A stretch of 64,000 nucleotides of DNA from Escherichia coli (GCF_003334815.1 NZ_QOWO01000012.1); one strand, 5' to 3'; shown: positions 13,810 through 25,088, counted from the stretch's first letter. Notes: a model not told the origin generated them from the sequence alone. Made by a program: numbers and translations.

Positions 13810-14869
13810 GTTACTGCAACAGTTGTGCGAAGCCAGCGCCGTCAGCGGCGATGAACAGGAAGTTCGCGACATTCTGATAAACACGCTGGAACCTTGCGTG
13901 AATGAAATCACCTTCGATGGTCTGGGCAGCTTTGTTGCCCGTAAGGGGAATAAAGGTCCAAAAGTTGCCGTTGTCGGACATATGGATGAAGTCGGCTTTA
14001 TGGTCACCCACATCGACGAGAGCGGTTTTCTGCGTTTTACCACCATTGGCGGCTGGTGGAATCAGTCGATGCTCAACCACCGGGTAACCATACGCACACA
14101 CAAGGGAGTGAAAATCCCTGGTGTGATTGGTTCCGTCGCGCCTCATGCGTTAACGGAAAAGCAAAAGCAACAACCGCTGTCATTTGATGAGATGTTCATT
14201 GATATTGGCGCGAACAGTCGCGAAGAGGTGGAAAAGCGCGGCGTGGAAATTGGTAATTTTATTAGCCCGGAAGCCAATTTTGCCTGCTGGGGCGAAGATA
14301 AAGTGGTCGGCAAGGCGTTGGATAACCACATCGGCTGCGCAATGATGGCTGAACTATTGCAGACGGTGAATAATCCCGAAATTACGCTGTATGGCGTTGG
14401 CAGTGTGGAAGAAGAAGTTGGGCTACGCGGGGCGCAAACCTCGGCGGAACACATTAAACCGGACGTCGTGATCGTGTTGGATACCGCCGTAGCGGGCGAT
14501 GTTCCGGGCATTGATAACATTAAATACCCGCTGAAACTGGGCCAGGGGCCGGGGCTGATGCTGTTTGACAAGCGCTACTTCCCCAACCAGAAACTGGTAG
14601 CAGCGTTAAAAAGCTGTGCCGCACATAACGATTTACCGCTGCAATTTTCCACCATGAAAACCGGTGCGACGGATGGCGGGCGCTACAACGTGATGGGCGG
14701 CGGGCGTCCGGTTGTCGCGCTGTGTCTGCCAACTCGTTATCTGCACGCCAACAGCGGTATGATTTCAAAAGCCGATTACGAAGCTCTGCTCACGCTGATA
14801 CGGGGTTTTCTGACGACCTTAACTGCGGAGAAAGTCAACGCGTTTAGCCAGTTCCGTCAGGTGGATTAA
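13799..14869 (+). CDS. frvX: M42-family peptidase-like protein FrvX
   Basis: ORF 13793..14869; ATG at 13799 with CAGGAG SD, overlapping the frvB stop by 11 nt; 356 aa recognised as FrvX. Confidence 0.85.
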   Translation: MNIELLQQLCEASAVSGDEQEVRDILINTLEPCVNEITFDGLGSFVARKGNKGPKVAVVGHMDEVGFMVTHIDESGFLRFTTIGGWWNQSMLNHRVTIRTHKGVKIPGVIGSVAPHALTEKQKQQPLSFDEMFIDIGANSREEVEKRGVEIGNFISPEANFACWGEDKVVGKALDNHIGCAMMAELLQTVNNPEITLYGVGSVEEEVGLRGAQTSAEHIKPDVVIVLDTAVAGDVPGIDNIKYPLKLGQGPGLMLFDKRYFPNQKLVAALKSCAAHNDLPLQFSTMKTGATDGGRYNVMGGGRPVVALCLPTRYLHANSGMISKADYEALLTLIRGFLTTLTAEKVNAFSQFRQVD

Positions 14870-16617
14870 TGCTAAACGAACGCCAGTTAAAGATTGTCGA
14901 TCTGCTGGAGCAACAGCCGCGCACGCCTGGCGAGCTGGCGCAACAGACTGGCGTTTCAGGCAGGACCATCCTGCGTGATATTGACTATCTCAACTTCACC
15001 CTTAACGGCAAAGCCCGCATTTTCGCCAGTGGCAGTGCGGGCTATCAGCTGGAAATCTTCGAGCGCCGCAGCTTTTTTCAGTTGCTGCAAAAGCACGATA
15101 ACGACGATCGGCTGCTGGCGCTGTTATTACTGAATACTTTCACTCCCCGTGCGCAACTCGCCTCGGCGCTTAATTTGCCAGAAACGTGGGTAGCAGAGCG
15201 TCTGCCCCGGTTAAAACAGCGTTATGAACGCACTTGTTGCCTGGCCAGCCGCCCTGGTTTGGGCCATTTCATTGATGAGACAGAAGAGAAACGCGTTATC
15301 TTGCTGGCGAACTTGCTGCGCAAAGATCCGTTTTTAATTCCGCTGGCGGGCATAACACGAGACAACCTTCAGCATTTATCCACGGCCTGCGACAACCAAC
15401 ACCGCTGGCCGCTCATGCAGGGTGATTATCTCTCCAGCCTGATTCTGGCGATTTACGCCCTGCGTAATCAACTGACCGATGAGTGGCCGCAATATCCCGG
15501 TGACGAGATAAAACAAATCGTTGAACATAGCGGTCTGTTTCTTGGTGATAACGCTGTAAGAACCCTGACGGGTTTGATAGAGAAACAGCATCAGCAAGCG
15601 CAGGTAATTTCAGCCGATAATGTGCAGGGGTTGCTGCAAAGGGTGCCGGGCATCGCGTCATTGAATATTATTGATGCGCAGCTGGTTGAGAATATTACCG
15701 GGCATTTATTACGTTGCCTTGCCGCACCAGTGTGGATTGCTGAGCACCGCCAGAGCAGCATGAATAACCTGAAAGCCGCCTGGCCTGCGGCCTTTGATAT
15801 GAGTCTGCACTTTATTACGCTACTGCGTGAACAGCTCGATATTCCCCTTTTCGACAGCGATCTGATCGGTTTGTATTTTGCCTGTGCGCTGGAGCGGCAT
15901 CAAAACGAACGCCAGCCGATCATTTTGCTCTCGGACCAGAACGCGATTGCCACTATTAATCAGCTCGCCATTGAGCGCGATGTTTTAAATTGTCGGGTAA
16001 TTATTGCCCGTAGCTTAAGCGAACTTGTTGCCATTCGCGAAGAGATTGAGCCGTTATTGATCATTAACAACAGCCATTATTTACTGGATGACGCGGTAAA
16101 TAATTACATCACCGTAAAAAATATCATTACGGCTGCCGGTATCGAACAAATAAAACATTTTCTGGCGACGGCATTTATTCGCCAACAGCCGGAGCGTTTT
16201 TTCTCTGCCCCCGGAAGTTTTCATTATTCGAATGTACGCGGTGAAAGCTGGCAACATATTACCCGGCAAATTTGTGCGCAATTAGTCGCACAACACCATA
16301 TTACCGCCGATGAAGCACAACGCATCATCGCCCGCGAAGGCGAAGGTGAAAACCTGATTGTTAATCGCCTCGCCATCCCACATTGCTGGAGCGAACAGGA
16401 GCGACGTTTTCGTGGATTTTTTATTACCCTCGCCCAACCAGTTGAGGTGAATAACGAAGTCATTAACCATGTCTTGATCGCCTGCGCCGCCGCCGATGCG
16501 CGTCATGAGCTAAAAATATTTAGCTATCTGGCAAGCATATTGTGTCAGCATCCGGCGGAGATTATTGCCGGGTTAACAGGATATGAGGCATTTATGGAGT
16601 TACTTCACAAGGGGTGA
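14869..16617 (+). CDS. frvR: Putative frv operon transcriptional regulator FrvR
   Basis: 582-aa ORF whose ATG shares one base with the frvX stop (TAATG); N-terminal HTH-like region (PGELAQQTGVSGRTILRDIDYL). Confidence 0.8.
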   Translation: MLNERQLKIVDLLEQQPRTPGELAQQTGVSGRTILRDIDYLNFTLNGKARIFASGSAGYQLEIFERRSFFQLLQKHDNDDRLLALLLLNTFTPRAQLASALNLPETWVAERLPRLKQRYERTCCLASRPGLGHFIDETEEKRVILLANLLRKDPFLIPLAGITRDNLQHLSTACDNQHRWPLMQGDYLSSLILAIYALRNQLTDEWPQYPGDEIKQIVEHSGLFLGDNAVRTLTGLIEKQHQQAQVISADNVQGLLQRVPGIASLNIIDAQLVENITGHLLRCLAAPVWIAEHRQSSMNNLKAAWPAAFDMSLHFITLLREQLDIPLFDSDLIGLYFACALERHQNERQPIILLSDQNAIATINQLAIERDVLNCRVIIARSLSELVAIREEIEPLLIINNSHYLLDDAVNNYITVKNIITAAGIEQIKHFLATAFIRQQPERFFSAPGSFHYSNVRGESWQHITRQICAQLVAQHHITADEAQRIIAREGEGENLIVNRLAIPHCWSEQERRFRGFFITLAQPVEVNNEVINHVLIACAAADARHELKIFSYLASILCQHPAEIIAGLTGYEAFMELLHKG

Positions 16618-16620
16618 ACT

Positions 16621-16645
16621 GTGTCGGATGCGCCGCATCCGACAC
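16621..16645. terminator. Perfect palindrome at the frvR / yiiG convergent junction, likely bidirectional terminator
   Basis: gtgtcggatgcg-c-cgcatccgacac (12-bp arms) lies 4 nt after the frvR stop and about 20 nt after the yiiG stop; flanking U-tracts are weak. Confidence 0.55.
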
Positions 16646-16666
16646 TGCATTTATCATCAAAAACGT

Positions 16667-17722
16667 TTAACGCAGGCTATTATAGTCATCAACCATTTCG
16701 TTGTACTCGCGTAATGCTCTCGGGAAAGAGTCTTCGACCATCCAGCTTGAGTTTGCGTCCTGAAGTTGCTCTTTATCCCAGTCAGAGTACGGGACTTTAT
16801 CTCTGATGCGGCGAACGTATTTTTTAGCCTCGAGTTGATACTGGCCTGCCGAATTAATAAACGAGAAATTCATGCCGCCTTTATCCGCTTCTTTGGCCTG
16901 CGCCACTAGCGTTTCCAGTTCAGACACTTTCTTCATTGCCGCTTCTGCATCAAACTTATCTTGCGATATCAGGTTATTAATTTGTTTCGCTGAAATCATG
17001 ACTGCCAGAGAGTAGTAGTGGAATGTTTTCCCTTCTCTTTCTTCAATATTTTTCAGTTCCGCAAGCTGACGCTTATCATTAATTTCCTGAATCGCCGCAT
17101 GATAAGATTCGGCTACAGGTTCAAAGGCTTCCAGATTTTTTAAGAATGTCTGGTGCAGCGTTTTCCCTTTCGCAAACGCATCGTCTTTATAATTTTCCTG
17201 GGTGTAATATTTATCCATTTCGTTAATGGTATTACCCAACGCCACGGCAGCATCGATATAACTCACCGCCACGCCATCAATTGGTTGCAGCGCAGGCGTT
17301 AACGCCACAGCACTTTTTACGCCTTTTTCACACTCAGCGAGGTTGGATTCACTAATGCCGTAGATGCCATAAACAGTACGCTCTTCACCGGTAGGCCCCT
17401 GTTTAAAATCTTTCAGCCAGTCAGCATAACGCGCCAGACTGCGCTGTACCGGGATCTGTAACTTGTTGTAGCACTTGATATAGACATCCATTTTTTCGTC
17501 GAAAACCGCTTGTTCATCGACCACCGGTTGCGCAGGTGTTTCAGGTTTAGCTTCTGCTTTTGCAACGGGAGCTTCAGTAGGTTTCGCTTCAGGAGCTGGT
17601 GCGGCAGGTTGACTATTGGCAGGCGGGAGCGTTTCTGTTTCGGCTTTTTTATCATCACAACCCGTCAGACCGAGGGACATGATGGCGACTATAATAGCGG
17701 AAGATAATAAATTCCTTTTCAT
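16667..17722 (-). CDS. yiiG: Lipoprotein YiiG (DUF3829-type)
   Basis: 351-aa ORF with signal peptide and lipobox (MSLGLTGC), low-complexity Ala/Pro/Glu-rich linker; recognised as YiiG. Confidence 0.8.
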   Translation of the reverse strand: MKRNLLSSAIIVAIMSLGLTGCDDKKAETETLPPANSQPAAPAPEAKPTEAPVAKAEAKPETPAQPVVDEQAVFDEKMDVYIKCYNKLQIPVQRSLARYADWLKDFKQGPTGEERTVYGIYGISESNLAECEKGVKSAVALTPALQPIDGVAVSYIDAAVALGNTINEMDKYYTQENYKDDAFAKGKTLHQTFLKNLEAFEPVAESYHAAIQEINDKRQLAELKNIEEREGKTFHYYSLAVMISAKQINNLISQDKFDAEAAMKKVSELETLVAQAKEADKGGMNFSFINSAGQYQLEAKKYVRRIRDKVPYSDWDKEQLQDANSSWMVEDSFPRALREYNEMVDDYNSLR

Positions 17723-17831
17723 TTAATTGCCTTATAAATATATAGATAAGAGAGTGAACATAATAAATGAAAAAAGAAAACGCCACTACACGCATTTTGT
17801 TTATAAATAAAATAATAAAATTCACGAAATG

Positions 17832-17870
17832 AATAAGTCCTGCAATTTAATATATTTCGCAGGACTTATT
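17832..17870 (-). terminator. Hairpin downstream of fdhD (12-bp perfect stem, 15-nt loop)
   Basis: aataagtcctgc ... gcaggacttatt lies 5 nt beyond the fdhD stop and is followed by T-rich sequence on the minus strand. Confidence 0.6.
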
Positions 17871-17874
17871 TTAA

Positions 17875-18708
17875 TTAATTGCTCAAACGCTGCGGATGGG
17901 TATAAACCGTTGCCCGACCCGGTTTACAAAAACCTACCAGTGTCAGATTACAGCGCTCAGCCACTTCTACAGCAAGCGTGGTCGCGGCAGACACCGCAAA
18001 CAAAATCTCTACGCCGCACATCGCCGACTTTTGCACCATTTCATAACTGGCACGACTGGAAACCAGTACCGCACCTTGCTGCCAGCTTTCCCCTTCTTGT
18101 GACCGGCGGCCTAACAGTTTGTCCAGCGCCACATGGCGACCCACGTCTTCATGCCCGCCGACCAGTTCGCCAGATGGCAACATCCAGGCAGCGGCGTGAG
18201 TACAACCAGTCAGTTGCCCCACTGGCTGAAAATCGTTGAGATGACGTAATGCATCATCCAGTTTGTTGAGATCAAACGTCTGGGTGAACGGTAGCGGCTG
18301 CACCGGTTTTCCGATGTCATTAAGTTGCTCCACGCCGCATACGCCACAGCCCGTACGTCCCGCCAGCGCCCGGCGGCGCTCCTTCAACCCCATAAAGCGG
18401 CGGCTGGAAAGCTCAATTTGTACTTCAAGACCATTACAGGAAGGAACGACATCCATGCCGAAGATATCGCGCGGACTTTCGATAATCCCCTCGGAAAGCG
18501 AAAAACCGAGCGCAAAGTACTCAAGGTCTTTGGGCGACGCCATCATCACCACATGCGAAATGCCGTTGTAGACCAGCGCAACGGGAACTTCTTCCGCGAC
18601 CTCATCTAACCGTGGGTGTTGTAAATCATCACGCCGCCATAACTCAATTTGATGAACACCTGTGATATTTGTCACATTTTCGATTTCTTTTCGCTGTGTT
18701 TTTTTCAC
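17875..18708 (-). CDS. fdhD: Formate dehydrogenase sulfurtransferase FdhD
   Basis: 277-aa [21 protein letters not shown]... recognised as FdhD; the start codon appears to be GTG. Confidence 0.92.
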   Translation of the reverse strand: MKKTQRKEIENVTNITGVHQIELWRRDDLQHPRLDEVAEEVPVALVYNGISHVVMMASPKDLEYFALGFSLSEGIIESPRDIFGMDVVPSCNGLEVQIELSSRRFMGLKERRRALAGRTGCGVCGVEQLNDIGKPVQPLPFTQTFDLNKLDDALRHLNDFQPVGQLTGCTHAAAWMLPSGELVGGHEDVGRHVALDKLLGRRSQEGESWQQGAVLVSSRASYEMVQKSAMCGVEILFAVSAATTLAVEVAERCNLTLVGFCKPGRATVYTHPQRLSN

Positions 18709-18901
18709 TTTCTCTTAACCAGATAAGAACACACACACCAACATTATGGTATTCTGTTACAAACCCTTCCTGGATGGAGGGAAATTGAGCCAATTCTGGA
18801 CCTTTGCGGCCCCTTCCGCAAAGAAAAATAACTCCCACTCCCTGCACACGCAGCAAGCGAATGTAAATGGGACGTGACAATGTCGAAACAAGGAGCAATC
18901 C

Positions 18902-21900
18902 ATGCAGGTCAGCAGAAGGCAGTTCTTTAAGATCTGCGCTGGCGGTATGGCAGGCACCACGGCAGCGGCACTGGGTTTTGCACCCAGCGTAGCACTCGCG
19001 GAAACCCGGCAGTATAAACTGCTGCGCACCCGCGAAACCCGTAATACCTGCACCTATTGTTCCGTAGGCTGTGGGCTGTTGATGTACAGCCTCGGTGACG
19101 GAGCAAAAAACGCCAAAGCATCTATCTTCCATATCGAAGGCGATCCGGATCACCCGGTCAACCGCGGTGCACTTTGTCCGAAAGGCGCTGGCCTGGTGGA
19201 TTTCATCCACTCCGAAAGCCGTCTGAAGTTTCCGGAATACCGTGCGCCAGGTTCTGATAAATGGCAGCAAATCAGTTGGGAAGAGGCGTTTGATCGCATC
19301 GCCAAACTGATGAAAGAAGACCGCGATGCTAACTACATTGCGCAAAACGCCGAAGGCGTGACTGTTAACCGCTGGCTCTCCACCGGGATGCTGTGTGCTT
19401 CCGCGTCGAGTAACGAAACCGGCTATTTAACGCAAAAATTCTCCCGCGCGCTGGGTATGCTCGCGGTCGACAACCAGGCGCGTGTCTGACACGGACCAAC
19501 GGTAGCAAGTCTTGCTCCAACATTTGGTCGCGGTGCGATGACCAACCACTGGGTCGACATCAAGAACGCCAACCTCGTCGTGGTGATGGGCGGTAACGCC
19601 GCTGAAGCTCACCCGGTCGGGTTCCGCTGGGCGATGGAAGCCAAAATTCACAACGGCGCGAAGCTGATTGTGATCGATCCTCGCTTTACGCGTACGGCGG
19701 CGGTAGCTGACTACTATGCCCCTATTCGTTCCGGTACTGACATTGCTTTCCTGTCAGGCGTATTGCTGTACCTGCTGAACAATGAAAAATTCAACCGCGA
19801 ATACACCGAAGCCTATACCAACGCCAGCCTGATCGTGCGTGAGGATTACGGCTTTGAAGATGGCCTGTTCACCGGCTACGACGCGGAAAAACGCAAGTAC
19901 GATAAATCCTCCTGGACTTATGAACTGGACGAAAACGGCTTCGCCAAACGCGATACCACGCTGCAACATCCGCGCTGCGTGTGGAACTTGCTGAAACAGC
20001 ACGTTTCCCGCTACACGCCAGATGTGGTTGAAAACATCTGTGGTACGCCAAAAGACGCGTTCCTGAAAGTCTGCGAATACATCGCAGAAACCAGTGCTCA
20101 CGATAAAACTGCCTCGTTCCTGTATGCCCTCGGCTGGACGCAACACTCCGTTGGTGCGCAAAACATTCGTACGATGGCGATGATCCAGCTGCTGCTCGGC
20201 AATATGGGGATGGCAGGCGGCGGCGTTAACGCCCTGCGCGGTCACTCCAATATTCAGGGGCTGACGGACCTGGGGCTGCTGTCGCAGAGCCTGCCAGGTT
20301 ACATGACGCTGCCAAGCGAGAAGCAGACCGATCTGCAAACCTACCTTACCGCCAACACGCCAAAACCGCTGCTGGAAGGCCAGGTAAACTACTGGGGCAA
20401 CTACCCGAAATTCTTCGTCTCTATGATGAAGGCCTTCTTTGGTGATAAAGCGACGGCGGAAAATAGCTGGGGCTTTGACTGGTTGCCGAAGTGGGATAAA
20501 GGCTACGACGTCCTGCAATACTTCGAGATGATGAAAGAGGGCAAGGTCAATGGCTATATCTGCCAGGGCTTTAACCCTGTTGCCTCATTCCCGAACAAAA
20601 ACAAAGTGATCGGTTGTCTGTCGAAACTGAAGTTCCTCGTCACCATCGACCCACTGAACACTGAAACCTCTAACTTCTGGCAGAACCACGGTGAGCTGAA
20701 CGAAGTTGACTCGTCGAAGATCCAGACCGAAGTGTTCCGTCTGCCATCGACCTGCTTCGCGGAAGAGAACGGTTCTATCGTTAACTCAGGTCGCTGGTTA
20801 CAGTGGCACTGGAAAGGTGCGGACGCCCCGGGGATTGCGCTGACTGACGGCGAGATCCTCTCCGGTATCTTCCTGCGCTTGCGCAAGATGTATGCCGAAC
20901 AGGGTGGCGCGAACCCGGACCAGGTGCTGAACATGACATGGAACTACGCCATTCCGCATGAGCCATCTTCAGAAGAAGTGGCGATGGAGAGCAACGGTAA
21001 GGCGCTGGCCGATATTACCGATCCGGCAACCGGTGCGGTTATCGTCAAGAAAGGCCAACAACTTAGTTCGTTCGCCCAATTGCGCGATGACGGTACAACC
21101 TCCTGTGGCTGCTGGATTTTCGCCGGTAGCTGGACGCCGGAAGGCAACCAGATGGCACGCCGTGATAACGCCGATCCGTCTGGCCTCGGTAACACGCTGG
21201 GCTGGGCATGGGCATGGCCGCTTAACCGCCGCATTCTGTATAACCGCGCCTCCGCAGATCCGCAGGGTAACCCGTGGGATCCGAAGCGTCAGTTGCTGAA
21301 ATGGGACGGCACTAAGTGGACCGGCTGGGATATTCCGGACTACAGCGCAGCGCCTCCGGGTAGCGGCGTCGGGCCGTTTATCATGCAGCAGGAAGGCATG
21401 GGGCGTCTGTTTGCCCTCGATAAGATGGCGGAAGGTCCGTTCCCGGAACACTACGAGCCGTTTGAAACGCCGCTGGGAACTAACCCGCTGCATCCAAACG
21501 TTATCTCGAACCCGGCTGCACGTATCTTTAAAGACGACGCCGAAGCATTGGGTAAAGCCGATAAGTTCCCGTATGTCGGAACCACCTATCGTCTGACCGA
21601 GCACTTCCACTACTGGACCAAACACGCGCTGTTGAACGCGATTTTGCAGCCAGAGCAGTTTGTGGAAATCGGGGAGTCGCTGGCGAATAAACTTGGCATT
21701 GCCCAGGGCGATACCGTGAAAGTCTCCTCCAACCGTGGCTATATCAAAGCCAAAGCGGTGGTGACCAAACGTATTCGCACGCTGAAAGCGAACGGCAAAG
21801 ATATCGATACCATCGGTATTCCGATTCACTGGGGCTATGAAGGCGTAGCTAAAAAAGGCTTTATTGCCAATACTTTAACGCCATTCGTTGGTGATGCGAA

Positions 21901-21952
21901 CACGCAGACGCCGGAGTTTAAGTCCTTCCTTGTGAATGTGGAAAAGGTGTAA
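18902..21952 (+). CDS. fdoG: Formate dehydrogenase-O catalytic subunit FdoG (selenoprotein; in-frame UGA at 19487-19489 read as Sec)
   Basis: ORFs 18902..19489 and 19538..21952 are in the same frame; joined they give 1016 aa. Sequence across the TGA reads ...ARV-U-HGPTVASLAPTFGRGAMTNHW, the conserved molybdopterin FDH active-site region. N-terminal twin-arginine signal (SRRQFFK...ALA). Confidence 0.93.
19487..19489 (+). other. Selenocysteine (UGA) recoding codon of fdoG
   Basis: In-frame TGA within the conserved active-site motif; reading frame continues for 820 further codons. Confidence 0.9.
19490..19530 (+). promoter_or_regulatory. Putative bacterial SECIS stem-loop immediately 3' of the UGA
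   Basis: cacggaccaacggtagcaagtcttgctccaacatttggtcg can fold (gcaag/cttgc apical stem with GUC-containing loop), resembling the fdhF-type SECIS; fold not computed. Confidence 0.6.
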
Positions 21953-21964
21953 CGGAGACGACAT

Positions 21965-22867
21965 ATGGCTTATCAATCTCAAGATATCATTCGTCGTTCC
22001 GCGACTAACGGTCTGACCCCCGCGCCTCAGGCGCGGGACTTCCAGGAAGAAGTGGCGAAACTCATCGACGTTACCACCTGTATCGGCTGTAAAGCCTGTC
22101 AGGTGGCGTGTTCAGAGTGGAACGACATTCGCGATACCGTCGGCAATAACATTGGGGTGTACGACAACCCCAATGATTTAAGCGCCAAATCGTGGACGGT
22201 AATGCGCTTCTCGGAAGTGGAGCAGAACGACAAACTGGAATGGCTGATCCGCAAAGACGGCTGTATGCACTGTTCCGATCCAGGCTGCCTGAAAGCGTGC
22301 CCGGCGGAAGGTGCAATTATTCAGTATGCCAACGGTATCGTCGACTTCCAGTCCGAGCAGTGCATTGGCTGCGGTTATTGCATTGCGGGCTGTCCGTTCG
22401 ACATTCCGCGCCTCAACCCGGAAGACAACCGCGTCTACAAATGTACGCTGTGCGTTGACCGCGTGGTGGTTGGGCAAGAACCAGCCTGCGTGAAGACCTG
22501 CCCAACGGGCGCGATTCACTTCGGTACGAAAGAGTCGATGAAAACGCTGGCGAGCGAGCGCGTTGCTGAGCTGAAAACCCGCGGTTACGACAATGCGGGT
22601 CTGTACGATCCGGCAGGCGTCGGTGGTACACACGTCATGTACGTGCTGCACCATGCTGACAAGCCAAATCTGTATCATGGCTTGCCGGAGAACCCGGAAA
22701 TCAGCGAAACCGTGAAATTCTGGAAAGGCATCTGGAAACCGCTCGCGGCTGTTGGCTTTGCGGCTACCTTTGCGGCCAGTATCTTCCACTACGTGGGTGT
22801 CGGTCCGAACCGTGCGGATGAGGAAGAGAATAATCTGCACGAAGAGAAAGACGAGGAGCGCAAATGA
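21965..22867 (+). CDS. fdoH: Formate dehydrogenase-O iron-sulfur subunit FdoH
   Basis: 300-aa ORF with multiple CxxCxxCxxxCP ferredoxin motifs and a C-terminal hydrophobic anchor. Confidence 0.95.
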
Positions 22868-23499
22868 AACGACGTGACACCATCGTGCGCTACACCGCGC
22901 CGGAACGTATCAACCACTGGATCACCGCCTTCTGCTTCATCCTGGCGGCGGTGAGCGGGCTGGGCTTTTTGTTCCCGTCCTTCAACTGGTTGATGCAAAT
23001 CATGGGCACACCGCAGCTGGCGCGAATTCTGCACCCGTTTGTCGGCGTGGTTATGTTTGCCTCGTTCATCATCATGTTTTTCCGTTACTGGCATCACAAC
23101 CTAATCAATCGGGATGATATCTTTTGGGCGAAGAATATTCGTAAGATCGTCGTCAACGAGGAAGTAGGTGACACCGGGCGTTATAACTTCGGTCAGAAAT
23201 GCGTTTTCTGGGCGGCGATTATTTTCCTGGTTCTGCTGCTGGTGAGCGGCGTGATTATCTGGCGTCCTTATTTTGCGCCTGCTTTCTCAATCCCGGTGAT
23301 CCGATTCGCGTTAATGCTGCATTCATTTGCCGCAGTGGCGTTAATTGTGGTTATCATGGTGCATATCTACGCCGCCCTTTGGGTGAAAGGCACGATTACC
23401 GCCATGGTGGAAGGATGGGTTACCAGCGCCTGGGCGAAGAAACATCACCCGCGCTGGTACCGTGAGGTCCGCAAGACAACGGAAAAGAAAGCTGAATGA
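22864..23499 (+). CDS. fdoI: Formate dehydrogenase-O cytochrome b556 subunit FdoI
   Basis: 211-aa ORF with four hydrophobic helices and conserved His residues; start overlaps the fdoH stop (ATGA). Confidence 0.93.
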
Positions 23500-24425
23500 G
23501 TATTCGCATAATCCCGCAAGATGAGCTGGGTTCAAGCGAGAAACGTACGGCGGATATGATTCCGCCGTTATTGTTCCCTCGGCTCAAGAATTTATACAAC
23601 CGCCGCGCCGAGCGTCTGCGCGAGCTGGCAGAAAATAATCCTCTGGGTGATTACCTGCGCTTTGCTGCGCTTATCGCCCACGCCCAGGAAGTGGTGCTGT
23701 ACGACCATCCGCTGGAGATGGATCTGACTGCGCGCATTAAAGAAGCCAGCGCACAAGGCAAGCCCCCGCTGGATATTCACGTTCTGCCGCGTGATAAGCA
23801 CTGGCAAAAGCTGCTGATGGCGCTGATTGCTGAGCTGAAACCTGAAATGAGCGGCCCGGCGCTGGCAGTGATTGAGAATCTGGAGAAGGCATCGACTCAG
23901 GAGCTGGAAGATATGGCCAGCGCGCTGTTTGCCTCTGATTTCTCGTCCGTCAGCAGCGATAAAGCGCCGTTTATCTGGGCTGCACTGTCGCTCTACTGGG
24001 CGCAGATGGCCAATCTGATCCCCGGCAAAGCCCGCGCTGAATACGGCGAGCAACGTCAATATTGCCCGGTTTGTGGTTCTATGCCGGTGTCCAGCATGGT
24101 GCAAATTGGCACCACTCAGGGGCTACGTTACCTGCACTGCAACCTGTGTGAAACTGAATGGCACGTAGTGCGCGTAAAATGCAGCAACTGCGAGCAGAGC
24201 GGCAAACTGCATTACTGGTCGCTGGATGACGAACAGGCCGCGATTAAAGCCGAAAGCTGCGATGACTGCGACACTTACCTGAAAATTCTCTATCAGGAAA
24301 AAGATCCAAAAATCGAAGCCGTAGCAGATGACCTCGCCTCTCTGGTACTGGACGCACGAATGGAGCAAGAAGGCTATGCCCGCAGTTCCATCAACCCGTT
24401 CCTGTTTCCGGGTGAAGGAGAGTAA
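23496..24425 (+). CDS. fdhE: Formate dehydrogenase formation protein FdhE
   Basis: 309-aa ORF with CxxC pairs ([27 protein letters not shown]); start overlaps the fdoI stop. Confidence 0.93.
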   Translation: MSIRIIPQDELGSSEKRTADMIPPLLFPRLKNLYNRRAERLRELAENNPLGDYLRFAALIAHAQEVVLYDHPLEMDLTARIKEASAQGKPPLDIHVLPRDKHWQKLLMALIAELKPEMSGPALAVIENLEKASTQELEDMASALFASDFSSVSSDKAPFIWAALSLYWAQMANLIPGKARAEYGEQRQYCPVCGSMPVSSMVQIGTTQGLRYLHCNLCETEWHVVRVKCSNCEQSGKLHYWSLDDEQAAIKAESCDDCDTYLKILYQEKDPKIEAVADDLASLVLDARMEQEGYARSSINPFLFPGEGE

Positions 24426-24606
24426 TCTCTGACGTTTTCCGGGTGGCGCAGGTCGCCCGGATTACAGCTCATAGGGTGTGACGACACCATCTCTCGTATT
24501 CCGCGTTACCACCTCAAGCTATGCCGCCAGTGCCGGTTTGGCCTCAATTTACCCACCACCACATCAATAAGGTTATGGGCATGAGACTGATGACAAGCGT
24601 AAGATT

Positions 24607-24705
24607 GCCTGATGCGCTGCGCTTATCAGGCCTACCAATAAACTGCAATACATTGAATTTATACGACTTTGTAGGCCGGATAAGGCGTTCACGCCGCATC
24701 CGGCA
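24607..24705. repeat. REP elements downstream of fdhE
   Basis: gcctgatgcgctgcgcttatcaggcctac and gtaggccggataaggcgttcacgccgcatccggca. Confidence 0.85.
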
Positions 24706-24754
24706 TGAACAACGCGCACGTTGTCAGCAATCTGATTGACATCATTTTTTCCCA

Positions 24755-24973
24755 TTACCATTCCTCGCGCAGCTTACGCTGATATTCGACACCATCTTCC
24801 TCACACCCTTGCCAGATGCCAGGAACACTGGTTCTTGCTGTTTGCGATTGATTTATCAGGTATTGATCTACCGCTTCCCTTAATAGGTCCGCACGAGGAA
24901 GATTACGCTGCACCTCGAGATCATCAAGTTGCTTAATCACCTCATTCGATAAATCGAGTAAAATTCTGCCCAT
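24755..24973 (-). CDS. yiiF: Small ribbon-helix-helix (CopG/Arc-like) protein, 72 aa
   Basis: ORF 24755..24997; ATG at 24973 gives [39 protein letters not shown]...; the N-terminal beta-strand plus two-helix pattern is typical of RHH DNA-binding proteins. The yiiF versus yiiE name is assigned by gene order and may be swapped. Confidence 0.72.
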
Positions 24974-25088
24974 ATCTATACCTGCCAGAGAGTTCATAAA
25001 TATCTCGCCAATATCATTTTTGAATCTATGGAGAGAAAAGTACCCTTGCCGAATCTTTAAAGAAAGCTCATTTACGCATCATTTTTTA

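Noticed and set aside
19754-21829. 254-aa and 286-aa minus-strand ORFs inside fdoG
   Set aside because: Antisense shadow ORFs within the fdoG coding region; no SD or conserved domain evident.
24521-24739. 72-aa plus-strand ORF in the fdhE-yiiF gap
   Set aside because: The ORF is composed largely of REP palindromes (…gcctgatgcgctgcgcttatcaggcctac…); REP elements often create spurious open frames.
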